In this document: positions 11,178 to 19,609 of the stretch, piece by piece
Numbering within the stretch: the first letter of the stretch is position 1
Layout: each line of letters starts with the position of its first letter
Source of the DNA: Ruminococcus sp.
GTDB taxonomy: Bacteria > Bacillota > Clostridia > Oscillospirales > Ruminococcaceae
Assembly (NCBI GenBank): GCA_045539715.1
Contig: JAZQFV010000063.1
Coordinates: 1-25,274, forward strand
DNA: 25,274 nucleotides
Reading direction: 5' to 3'
Translations under genes and position numbers: made by a program
The notes under the pieces: generated by a model
What the model was told of the DNA's origin: nothing
The model's database searches: none
What the model saw: only the letters and a program-made list of their open reading frames with translations

Positions 11178-14100
11178 CTTTTCCCTGCACACGCAGGGGT
11201 GATCCTATCCGTACAACATTTCATTTGTCAGCATTTTTCTTTTCCCTGCACACGCAGGGGTGATCCTGAATACACCGTCGTCATTATACAAGGCATAAAC
11301 TTTTCCCTGCACACGCAGGGGTGATCCTCTTATACTATGGAAGGAAGGCGGCGAAATATGCTTTTCCCTGCACACGCAGGGGTGATCCTAGCAGTCTGCG
11401 ATAGAGTACTTCGTGAAGCCTCTTTTCCCTGCACACGCAGGGGTGATCCTAACGTTTATTTCCCGGTCAACTGGCAAGATAACTTTTCCCTGCACACGCA
11501 GGGGTGATCCTGTCAACCGGCTCTTGCTGATAGTTTGCAAGAACTTTTCCCTGCACACGCAGGGGTGATCCTCCTCATTAATTCTGATTTACTTCCGACA
11601 TACCCTTTTCCCTGCACACGCAGGGGTGATCCTGAGAACGATGTAAACTATGAGGAGAATGCTAACTTTTCCCTGCACACGCAGGGGTGATCCCGACATA
11701 CATTGACGTTCCCGGTGCTGACGGTACTTTTCCCTGCACACGCAGGGGTGATCCTAGTCTGTTACAATCGGAATTTTACCGTTGATACTTTTCCCTGCAC
11801 ACGCAGGGGTGATCCTAAACGCTAATACTTCCATTTTACAGCCCCTTCCTTTTCCCTGCACACGCAGGGGTGATCCTGCACTTCCGACGTTGTTCTTTGT
11901 CAGCATTTCCTTTTCCCTGCACACGCAGGGGTGATCCTGACGGTATTTCAAAGGTTAGGGATTTCTTTGACTTTTCCCTGCACACGCAGGGGTGATCCTA
12001 CCTTGTTGTCACGGGCTGAAAATGTTCTTCCCTTTTCCCTGCACACGCAGGGGTGATCCTGTCAACGGCAATTGACCGAATACAGACGGCGGCTTTTCCC
12101 TGCACACGCAGGGGTGATCCTGGTTGAAGATGCCAACAAGCTTTCCGGAGCTACTTTTCCCTGCACACGCAGGGGTGATCCTGAAAGAAACAGCACAGGA
12201 GCTGTACAAGCTGTCTTTTCCCTGCACACGCAGGGGTGATCCTACAAATTAACCTAACTATCAAAGTATGGAAAGCTTTTCCCTGCACACGCAGGGGTGA
12301 TCCTAAGTTGAACATCGAAGATATTAACGACGAAATCTTTTCCCTGCACACGCAGGGGTGATCCTGACAATTCCGTCAATCTGCCCCTGCAAGCTTACTT
12401 TTCCCTGCACACGCAGGGGTGATCCTATGTTCAATCCCGATGAACAAGGGGGGTGAACCTTTTCCCTGCACACGCAGGGGTGATCCTAGATTTGTTATCG
12501 TTGACGGTCTGCCCTATTTCTTTTCCCTGCACACGCAGGGGTGATCCTCACACTTGAATTTCACGTATTCTTCTTCGGTCCTTTTCCCTGCACACGCAGG
12601 GGTGATCCTATACAAGGTGCAAAAATAGGAAAGAACTTGATCTTTTCCCTGCACACGCAGGGGTGATCCTAAATTCAAATCCGATTTCTTCCAGAATCAT
12701 AGCTTTTCCCTGCACACGCAGGGGTGATCCTATCAGCGGAAGTTAGCAGGGGCATTAGTACCGCTTTTCCCTGCACACGCAGGGGTGATCCTGAGAACGA
12801 TGTAAACTATGAGGAGAATGCTAACTTTTCCCTGCACACGCAGGGGTGATCCTCAGGTGGGTACAACGTACAGAAAAACTAAATACTTTTCCCTGCACAC
12901 GCAGGGGTGATCCTGCTCCGCCTGACACCCTCGTTCTGATTGATGACTTTTCCCTGCACACGCAGGGGTGATCCTACCCTTGTTACCAAAAATTACTTTC
13001 CAATCCTCTTTTCCCTGCACACGCAGGGGTGATCCTTATCCCGAATACTGGAGCTTATTGTTGCAATGCTTTTCCCTGCACACGCAGGGGTGATCCTATT
13101 CATTTTTCTTTTATCTGCATCATCATCATCTTTTCCCTGCACACGCAGGGGTGATCCTATCTCTGATTTGTTTATCTAAAAGATTAAACCCTTTTCCCTG
13201 CACACGCAGGGGTGATCCTAATTTGGTCGGGTTTACGATAAACTGAATTCACTTTTCCCTGCACACGCAGGGGTGATCCTAAATTTCTTATTGACTGGTT
13301 ATCTTTCACTTCCTTTTCCCTGCACACGCAGGGGTGATCCTCTTTTCATAATTTGCGGAAGAATACTCTTCCCCTTTTCCCTGCACACGCAGGGGTGATC
13401 CTAAACAGGAAAATATATAGGATTAGAATTAATACTTTTCCCTGCACACGCAGGGGTGATCCTTAAAATTATTTTCCTCGGCACGTTTATTTTTGCTTTT
13501 CCCTGCACACGCAGGGGTGATCCTACGTCAATTTGTGCATAATGACAACAACAGAACTTTTCCCTGCACACGCAGGGGTGATCCATCGATTAATCTGAGA
13601 TGCTTCGTATTCGTCAACTTTTCCCTGCACACGCAGGGGTGATCCTAGACTGCTCCGCTGCGTAACCGATGAAAGTCTCTTTTCCCTGCACACGCAGGGG
13701 TGATCCTGGATAATATAAGGGGTGAGATTATGAAAAACACTTTTCCCTGCACACGCAGGGGTGATCCTTGATATCCAGTCCTTGATAAACGCATATCCTT
13801 CTTTTCCCTGCACACGCAGGGGTGATCCTGTGTCGTCTGCCCTCGTAGAACGAACTGTCAACTTTTCCCTGCACACGCAGGGGTGATCCTGCTGAGTTGT
13901 TTGGTGAGGGCTTAGACGTCCCCTTTTCCCTGCACACGCAGGGGTGATCCTATATAATGCTCACCTGCGGAATCCAATGTCTGCTTTTCCCTGCACACGC
14001 AGGGGTGATCCTGACCCGCGCCACGGCGTGGCTGCTGGGCACGTCTTTTCCCTGCACACGCAGGGGTGATCCTAAAATCCTTGACGGTTTGAGCCATTTC

Positions 14101-14378
14101 AGAGGCTTTTCCCTGCACACGCAGGGGTGATCCTCCACAATTTCAACAATCTCACCGAGATTAAGCCTTTTCCCTGCACACGCAGGGGTGATCCTAAAAT
14201 ACGACAATGAAAAATGGATAAATGAAGCTTTTCCCTGCACACGCAGGGGTGATCCTGGAAGGTGTAAATCTTGTTACTTCTGCTTTGCCTTTTCCCTGCA
14301 CACGCAGGGGTGATCCTTCATAGTGTTCTTTTGCAATTAATGGTATATCCTTTTCCCTGCACACGCAGGGGTGATGAA
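11178..14378 (+). CRISPR. Type I-E CRISPR array, 53 repeats and 52 spacers
   Basis: The repeat CTTTTCCCTGCACACGCAGGGGTGATCC(T) recurs with an exact 61-nt period from 11178 to 14350. That is 28+33 nt, or 29+32 nt by I-E convention. It contains the stem-loop CCCTGC-ACAC-GCAGGG. All repeats are identical over 28 nt except the last (14350-14377), which ends ...GTGATGA instead of ...GTGATCC. Confidence 0.99.
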
Positions 14379-15858
14379 AAATATCGTGAAAAATGCAATC
14401 TTACTATCACTTACGGCTATATTGCTGATTGCTGCACCAACAAAAGCACTTGCAGCGAATAAAGTTAACGTGTTGAATGATATTGAATGGAATTCATTCA
14501 TAGAAGAAAAAATAGAACAAGACAAAACTCCCGGACTTGCCGTTGCCGTGGTAAACGGCTCGGATGTTGATTATAAAAACTGGGGATATGCCAATATTGA
14601 AGAACAAACTCCCGTGACAGAGAATACTGTATTTGGTATCGGTTCATGCTCAAAGGCGTTTACTGCGTTAGCAATATTTTTATTGCAGGAGGAGGGGAAG
14701 CTTTCTATAGAGGACAGCGTAGCTGAATATCTGCCGTGGTGGAATGTTACTTGGGAAGGACAGCCGCAGGATACGAAGATATGGCAGCTTCTGGAGCATT
14801 GTTCGGGTATTCCAAACTCAACTATGATGCATTACGCTGTTAGTGACAGCACACCTTCCAATGAAGAATTAGCACGCATTGCTGAAAATATCGAGCTTGC
14901 ATATGAGCCAGGAACTATTTTTGAGTACTGTAACCTCGGTTATAATATTCTTGCATATCTAACGGAAACAGTCAGCGGTGTATCATTTGAGGAATATGTC
15001 ACAAATGAGATACTCCAGCCGATTGGAATGACAAACAGCGGCTATCATATCCCGACTACACAGGGATATCGTTGGTTCTTCCGAAAACTTCTGCCGTATG
15101 ATGAGCCTGAATTTGTAATGTCATCAGGTGACGGCGGTTTGCGTTCAACACCTAAGGATATGACTCTATGGATAGAAGCTCAGCTCGGACATTCAGATTT
15201 GCCCGAAAAGCTTGAACGTGCAATCGCAGCTTCACATGAAACTCCCGAAGCATATGAGGTTAAATTGGAAAATGGTGTAGTGCAGTACAACGGATGGCTG
15301 TGTCATGATGGTTATCGTTTTCATACAGGTACCAATACTAATTTCAGTTCCTTTATAATGTTTGATAAAGAAAGAGACATCGGTATTTTTTCTGTTTCTA
15401 ATGCTTGGATATACACAGCGGACTATGCAGGAAACTCTCTATATCAGGTTATGAAAGGCGAGCAGATCAACAAACAACAGTATTCATTGTTAGATCCAAT
15501 TTCCATAATTGATAATGTTTCAACATATATCACAGTCATAGGTCTGGCTGTTACCTTGCTGATTCTTTTATTGACGTTTACGCAGAAAAAACGTATCGCA
15601 AAAAAGCAGACGGATCTTGCAAAGGAGAAGAAGAAACTCTTCATACGCTGTTGCGTACTGATGCCGCTGCTTTTACTGACTGCTTTGCTTCCCAAAATAG
15701 TGACAAGTATAGCAGGCTATGGCTTCGCAAGCTACAAAATGATCGGCGTGTGGTTACCATATTCTTTTTTGATTGCATTTGCTGTGTTGAGTGCGATGAT
15801 TCTTATGATGCTTATTTCAAGCATTACCCGCTATTTTATCGTTAAGGGTATAAAATGA
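14371..15858 (+). CDS. Beta-lactamase-fold serine hydrolase (S12/PBP-like) with signal peptide and C-terminal multi-TM anchor
   Basis: Signal peptide M(M)KNIVKNAILLSLTAILLIAAPTKALA. Catalytic motifs are SxxK (GSCSKAF), YxN (YCNLGY) and HTG (RFHTGTN). The C-terminal 130 aa or so contain three to four hydrophobic helices (YITVIGLAVTLLILLLTF, CCVLMPLLLLTALLP, VWLPYSFLIAFAVLSAMILMMLI). The start is GTG 14371 or ATG 14374. Confidence 0.85.
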   Translation: MMKNIVKNAILLSLTAILLIAAPTKALAANKVNVLNDIEWNSFIEEKIEQDKTPGLAVAVVNGSDVDYKNWGYANIEEQTPVTENTVFGIGSCSKAFTALAIFLLQEEGKLSIEDSVAEYLPWWNVTWEGQPQDTKIWQLLEHCSGIPNSTMMHYAVSDSTPSNEELARIAENIELAYEPGTIFEYCNLGYNILAYLTETVSGVSFEEYVTNEILQPIGMTNSGYHIPTTQGYRWFFRKLLPYDEPEFVMSSGDGGLRSTPKDMTLWIEAQLGHSDLPEKLERAIAASHETPEAYEVKLENGVVQYNGWLCHDGYRFHTGTNTNFSSFIMFDKERDIGIFSVSNAWIYTADYAGNSLYQVMKGEQINKQQYSLLDPISIIDNVSTYITVIGLAVTLLILLLTFTQKKRIAKKQTDLAKEKKKLFIRCCVLMPLLLLTALLPKIVTSIAGYGFASYKMIGVWLPYSFLIAFAVLSAMILMMLISSITRYFIVKGIK

Positions 15859-15911
15859 TTGTACAGATTGAATTTGTATCGTCGAATATATATAGTCCAC
15901 AAGCAAAAAAT

Positions 15912-15947
15912 AATCCTGCCTCAGCCAAAGCCGAGACAGGATTTTTT
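15912..15947 (+). terminator. Rho-independent terminator downstream of the hydrolase gene
   Basis: Stem AATCCTGCCTC (15912-15922) pairs with GAGACAGGATT (15933-15943): 10 bp with one mismatch and a 10-nt loop. A T-run follows at 15944-15947. Confidence 0.7.
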
Positions 15948-16106
15948 ATGCAGGCGTGTCTAAATATTTTTGGACTGAATATGATACTTGCCACCTTCTC
16001 CGATGCCGCTGTAACAGTGCTTGGACTTTACTATAAGTGGCAGACGTTCTTCTTCATTCCGCTTGGTGTTATGCAGACTTGTATCGCTCTTTTCAATTCC
16101 TTCTAA
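15948..16106 (+). pseudogene. Possible MATE-family efflux transporter fragment
   Basis: MQACLNIFGLNMILATFSDAAVTVLGLYYKWQTFFFIPLGVMQTCIALFNSF resembles an internal MATE segment (..AV.V.G...K...F.F.P..G..Q....).. It is only about 52 aa with no RBS and begins inside the terminator T-run. The ORF-track extension to 15855 crosses the terminator. Confidence 0.3.
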
Positions 16107-16113
16107 GTCAATA

Positions 16114-16142
16114 TTGAAATAGATAATAAAATGTGATATAAT
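16114..16142 (+). promoter_or_regulatory. Strong sigma70-type promoter candidate upstream of the ABC operon
   Basis: TTGAAA (16114-16119), 17-nt spacer, TATAAT (16137-16142), with a TG extension at 16134-16135 (TGaTATAAT). Confidence 0.5.
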
Positions 16143-16189
16143 AGGTAAAGCTCTAAAAAATAAAAATTGATAAAAGACTGAATAAATTT

Positions 16190-16275
16190 TTCTTATGTTT
16201 CGAGTTACAGATAAGAATTTGATAAGAAATTAATAATAATATGATAAAGAAGAATTTATTGAAATATGTTATACT
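16190..16275 (+). promoter_or_regulatory. Phased GATAAGAA direct repeats plus an extended -10; candidate response-regulator-dependent promoter
   Basis: GATAAGAA occurs at 16210-16217 and 16221-16228 (11-nt phase). A degenerate copy, GATAAAGA, is at 16243-16250, 22 nt further on. An inverted near-copy, TTCTTATG, is at 16190-16197. An extended -10, TGtTATACT, at 16267-16275 lacks a good -35. RBS AAGGAG is at 16306-16310, ahead of ATG 16318. Confidence 0.35.
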
Positions 16276-16317
16276 AAGAATACAGTAAAACTGATTTTAT
16301 AACTAAGGAGTGTTTAT

Positions 16318-17079
16318 ATGAATTCTTCAATACTGCACACAGATAAACTGTGTAAAACTTTTTCAAATGGCGGAGTTCAGCAGCATGTCATCAAAAATCT
16401 TGATTTGGAGATTTACAAAGGTGAGTTTACAGTAATTATGGGTTCGTCAGGTTCAGGAAAATCCACGCTGCTCTATGCTCTTTCAGGTATGGATAAACCA
16501 ACTCTTGGAAATGTCTATTTCGGTGAGGAAGATATTTCTAATTATTCCAATGATGAGCTTGCGGTTTTCCGCAGAAATCATTGCGGCTTTGTATTCCAGA
16601 GCATATATCTGCTGGATAATATGAATGTATTTGATAATGTAATGACAGCGGCTCTTGCATTGCAGAAAAATTCTCCTCAGCTTGTAAAAAAAGCTGAGGA
16701 ATTGCTGGAAAAAGTCGGAATTACAGAGGAAACATGGAAAAAGTATCCTAACCAGCTTTCAGGAGGTGAACGTCAGCGTGTTGGCATTGTCCGTGCTGTT
16801 ATCAATGAACCTCAGATTTTGTTTGCAGATGAGCCTACAGGAAGTCTGAATTCTGCTTCAAGCAGCGATGTAATGGATATATTTACAGAATTGCACAGCA
16901 AGGGACAGAGTATAGTTATGGTTACTCATGACATCAAAACAGCATTGCATGGCAATCGTGTAATTTTTATATCAGACGGTACAGTAATAGGAGAATATGA
17001 AATGCCTCTTTATAATACGGATGATTTGAAAAAACGCCGTGAAGGCTTACAGAATTTCCTTGACAGAATGGGATGGTGA
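16318..17079 (+). CDS. ABC transporter ATP-binding protein, MacB/FtsE-like
   Basis: Walker A GSSGSGKST, signature LSGGERQRV, Walker B ILFADEPT, H-loop MVTHD. Confidence 0.93.
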   Translation: MNSSILHTDKLCKTFSNGGVQQHVIKNLDLEIYKGEFTVIMGSSGSGKSTLLYALSGMDKPTLGNVYFGEEDISNYSNDELAVFRRNHCGFVFQSIYLLDNMNVFDNVMTAALALQKNSPQLVKKAEELLEKVGITEETWKKYPNQLSGGERQRVGIVRAVINEPQILFADEPTGSLNSASSSDVMDIFTELHSKGQSIVMVTHDIKTALHGNRVIFISDGTVIGEYEMPLYNTDDLKKRREGLQNFLDRMGW

Positions 17080-19598
17080 AAGAAATGGGAAAAATTACTC
17101 GTCTTTCGCTGGCTAATATCAAAAAGCACAAGTTTGAATTTATTTCCCTGCTTACATTAGTTATGGTATGTATGCTCCTTGTAGGTTCATCTTTAGGAGC
17201 AATTTGGGGAATCCGTAATATTTTCCCGAATGTTATGGAAAAGACAGGAAGCTATGAAAACTATATCTTTATTCTTGAAAAGAATTATAATAAGGAATAT
17301 GAAAACATTCTGAAACAGCATCCTGAGGTAGAAACTGTTACTGCTGTAGATGTGTTATGGAGCATGAATACAGGATATATAGATAAAAACGGCAAGGAAT
17401 CTGCTTTGTATATGGCATTTATTACTGCCGATAATGAAGCGAAAATTTCAAAATCGCCTATGGATTCAACTCTTTCAAGTGAAGAAATAGCTGCGCTTGA
17501 GCATCCGATATATGCACCATACATTTTGCAGGACAGTATGGGATATAAAGCAGGGGATACATTTGATATTACATATGGTACACGAAAATTCTCATTTACA
17601 ATTGCCGGATTTTATGAAACAATGATGTTTAATGAAATGAGCAGCGGTTTAAAAATGATTGTATCTGAAAAGGACTATCATATTCTTTCAGGACTTCTGC
17701 CAAAATATAAAGCTGTTCTATATAATGATAATCAGGGGCAGGGCGGATATGAGCTTATGGATAGTTTTCTGGAGGAATGTGAAGATTATTCCCGTTTGGA
17801 TATTAAAAGTGGTTTGTTGGGTTTTACTTATGGAGATATGAAACTTATGGTTACTTCTTCCGCTGAATTGCTTTTGAATCTTATGATAGTAATGGCGGTG
17901 ATTATATTTATTTCCGTGGTTGTTATAATCCGTTACAGAATAGCCAATGACATCAAAGAACAGATTGTAAATATCGGCATACTTGAAGCCTTGGGATATA
18001 CTTCAAAGGAAATTACACTTTCTTATGTAATTGAGTATCTTATTATGGCAGCTGGCGGTGTGCTTATCGGAACAGGGGGATGTTTCCTTCTTACTCCTGT
18101 GCTTTTACGTATGGGCGAGTTGATTTCTGCTCACCGTGGCTGCGGCAATTCTAATCCTCTGATGATTTTTCTGACAGGAATTGTTATACTTGTTTTAGTA
18201 GGAATGACAGCTTTTATAAGAGCAAGAATGGTGCGTAAATATCCTCCTGTTCAGGCATTTAGAAAGGGACAGGGAGATCACCGCTTTGGCAGAGAATTTT
18301 TCCCTTTACGCAAAACAAAATACAATGTACACCTTAGACTTGCACTCAAAGGCTTTTTCCAGAATTTCAAGCAGAATATAGGACTGACAATTTGTATTAC
18401 AATTTCTGCATTGACAGTCGTATTCAGTTTTATTATTTCCAGCTTTTTTGGCGACGGACTTAATACTATAGCTTCAATTTCAGGTATAGAGATGAGTGAC
18501 CTTCGTCTTGAAATTATGCCATATGCTGACGGTGATGTGTTAGCAGATGAGCTGGAAGAAATGCCTGAAATTCGTAAAGCAACACCTACTTCGGGATACA
18601 ACACATTTATTACTATTTCAGATTTTAACGAAATAATGCTTCCTGTGGCATTTTCAAGTTTCGATGAAACGGAAAATATTTTCCCCATGGAAGGCCGTTT
18701 CCCAGAGCATGATAACGAAATTATGCTCAATAATCAAATTGCAACAGTTAAAAAAATCAAGGTAGGGGACAGCCTTACACTTGAATATCTCAACGTGAAA
18801 AAAAGCTATCTTGTTACAGGAATTGTGACTTCTGTTACCAACGGCAATATGAATCTTTACATAACTGAGGACGGTATGAAGCGTATTAATCCTACCTATA
18901 AACCTGATGTTATTGAAGTATACCTTGAAGTAGGCATAGATGCTCAGGAATTCCGTAAAACTCTTACAGAGAAATACGGAAGAAGCCTTTCCGATGCGGC
19001 AAGCAGCAAAGCTGAAAACGGTACTTATGAAGAACGTATCCGTGCAGAGGCAGAACAGCAGATTGCTGAGTTAATGGCGTCAAACGGTGCAACTCATATT
19101 GAGTATTCCATTCAGTTTGGAGATACTGTTATTTCAGGCAACAGCAGTAATTTTGTAATCAGTGCAATTACAAGCCTCGGAGAAATTATGAGAACGCAGC
19201 TTGGAAGTGCATGTACGTCAATTCGTATTGTAACAGCTGTATTTATGGCGATTTCGGCAGTAGTGGTTATGATAATCCTGTTTATTCTTATGGAATCCGC
19301 TATTCGCCGTGACCGCAGAGAGTTTGGAATAATGAAAGGCCTTGGCTACACTTCACGTGAACTTATGTTTCAGCTTGCGTGCCGCATTGTACCGTCAGCT
19401 GTATTCTCTGTAATTATCGGAACGGTAATCGGAATTACGATGACAGACCTGCTGACAAGCATTATTGGAGTTGTAAAAGTAAATATTCCGCAGGTAATTG
19501 TACTTGATATAGTTATGCTGATATTCTGTTTTGTATGTGCTTATGTTGGTGCAAGAAAAATCAAGACAATTTCAGTATACGAACTTATGACGGAATAA
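17073..19598 (+). CDS. Tandem FtsX/MacB-type ABC permease with two large extracytoplasmic domains
   Basis: 841 aa, laid out as TM1, an extracytoplasmic domain of about 220 aa, three TMs, a basic cytoplasmic linker, TM5, a second extracytoplasmic domain of about 240 aa, and three TMs. This is a duplicated 4-TM FtsX module. The start overlaps the ATPase stop; ATG 17085 is an alternative start. Confidence 0.85.
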   Translation: MVKEMGKITRLSLANIKKHKFEFISLLTLVMVCMLLVGSSLGAIWGIRNIFPNVMEKTGSYENYIFILEKNYNKEYENILKQHPEVETVTAVDVLWSMNTGYIDKNGKESALYMAFITADNEAKISKSPMDSTLSSEEIAALEHPIYAPYILQDSMGYKAGDTFDITYGTRKFSFTIAGFYETMMFNEMSSGLKMIVSEKDYHILSGLLPKYKAVLYNDNQGQGGYELMDSFLEECEDYSRLDIKSGLLGFTYGDMKLMVTSSAELLLNLMIVMAVIIFISVVVIIRYRIANDIKEQIVNIGILEALGYTSKEITLSYVIEYLIMAAGGVLIGTGGCFLLTPVLLRMGELISAHRGCGNSNPLMIFLTGIVILVLVGMTAFIRARMVRKYPPVQAFRKGQGDHRFGREFFPLRKTKYNVHLRLALKGFFQNFKQNIGLTICITISALTVVFSFIISSFFGDGLNTIASISGIEMSDLRLEIMPYADGDVLADELEEMPEIRKATPTSGYNTFITISDFNEIMLPVAFSSFDETENIFPMEGRFPEHDNEIMLNNQIATVKKIKVGDSLTLEYLNVKKSYLVTGIVTSVTNGNMNLYITEDGMKRINPTYKPDVIEVYLEVGIDAQEFRKTLTEKYGRSLSDAASSKAENGTYEERIRAEAEQQIAELMASNGATHIEYSIQFGDTVISGNSSNFVISAITSLGEIMRTQLGSACTSIRIVTAVFMAISAVVVMIILFILMESAIRRDRREFGIMKGLGYTSRELMFQLACRIVPSAVFSVIIGTVIGITMTDLLTSIIGVVKVNIPQVIVLDIVMLIFCFVCAYVGARKIKTISVYELMTE

Positions 19599-19609
19599 GG
19601 AGGAGCAAG

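Noticed and set aside
11178-14378. Self-targeting spacers against this window.
   Set aside because: I found no spacer matching the other 22 kb of the window by eye. This is not exhaustive and says nothing about the rest of the genome, so it needs a computational search.
11754-14525. Many 60-117-aa ORFs on the minus strand, and one on the plus strand, inside the array. They carry recurring peptides ITPACAGK, DHPCVCREK and GSPLRVQGK.
   Set aside because: These peptides are translations of the CRISPR repeat in three frames, recurring every 61 nt. They are ORF-caller artefacts, not genes.
18278-18730. A 150-aa minus-strand ORF inside the permease gene, and 17285..17524 similarly.
   Set aside because: They are antisense to a coherent 841-aa FtsX-type permease and have no independent support.
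19535-19609. The ORF-track start of the second hydrolase at 19535 (MCLCWCKKNQDNFS...).
   Set aside because: The extension lies inside the permease coding region. A strong RBS (AAGGAGG) and a canonical signal peptide begin at ATG 19610.
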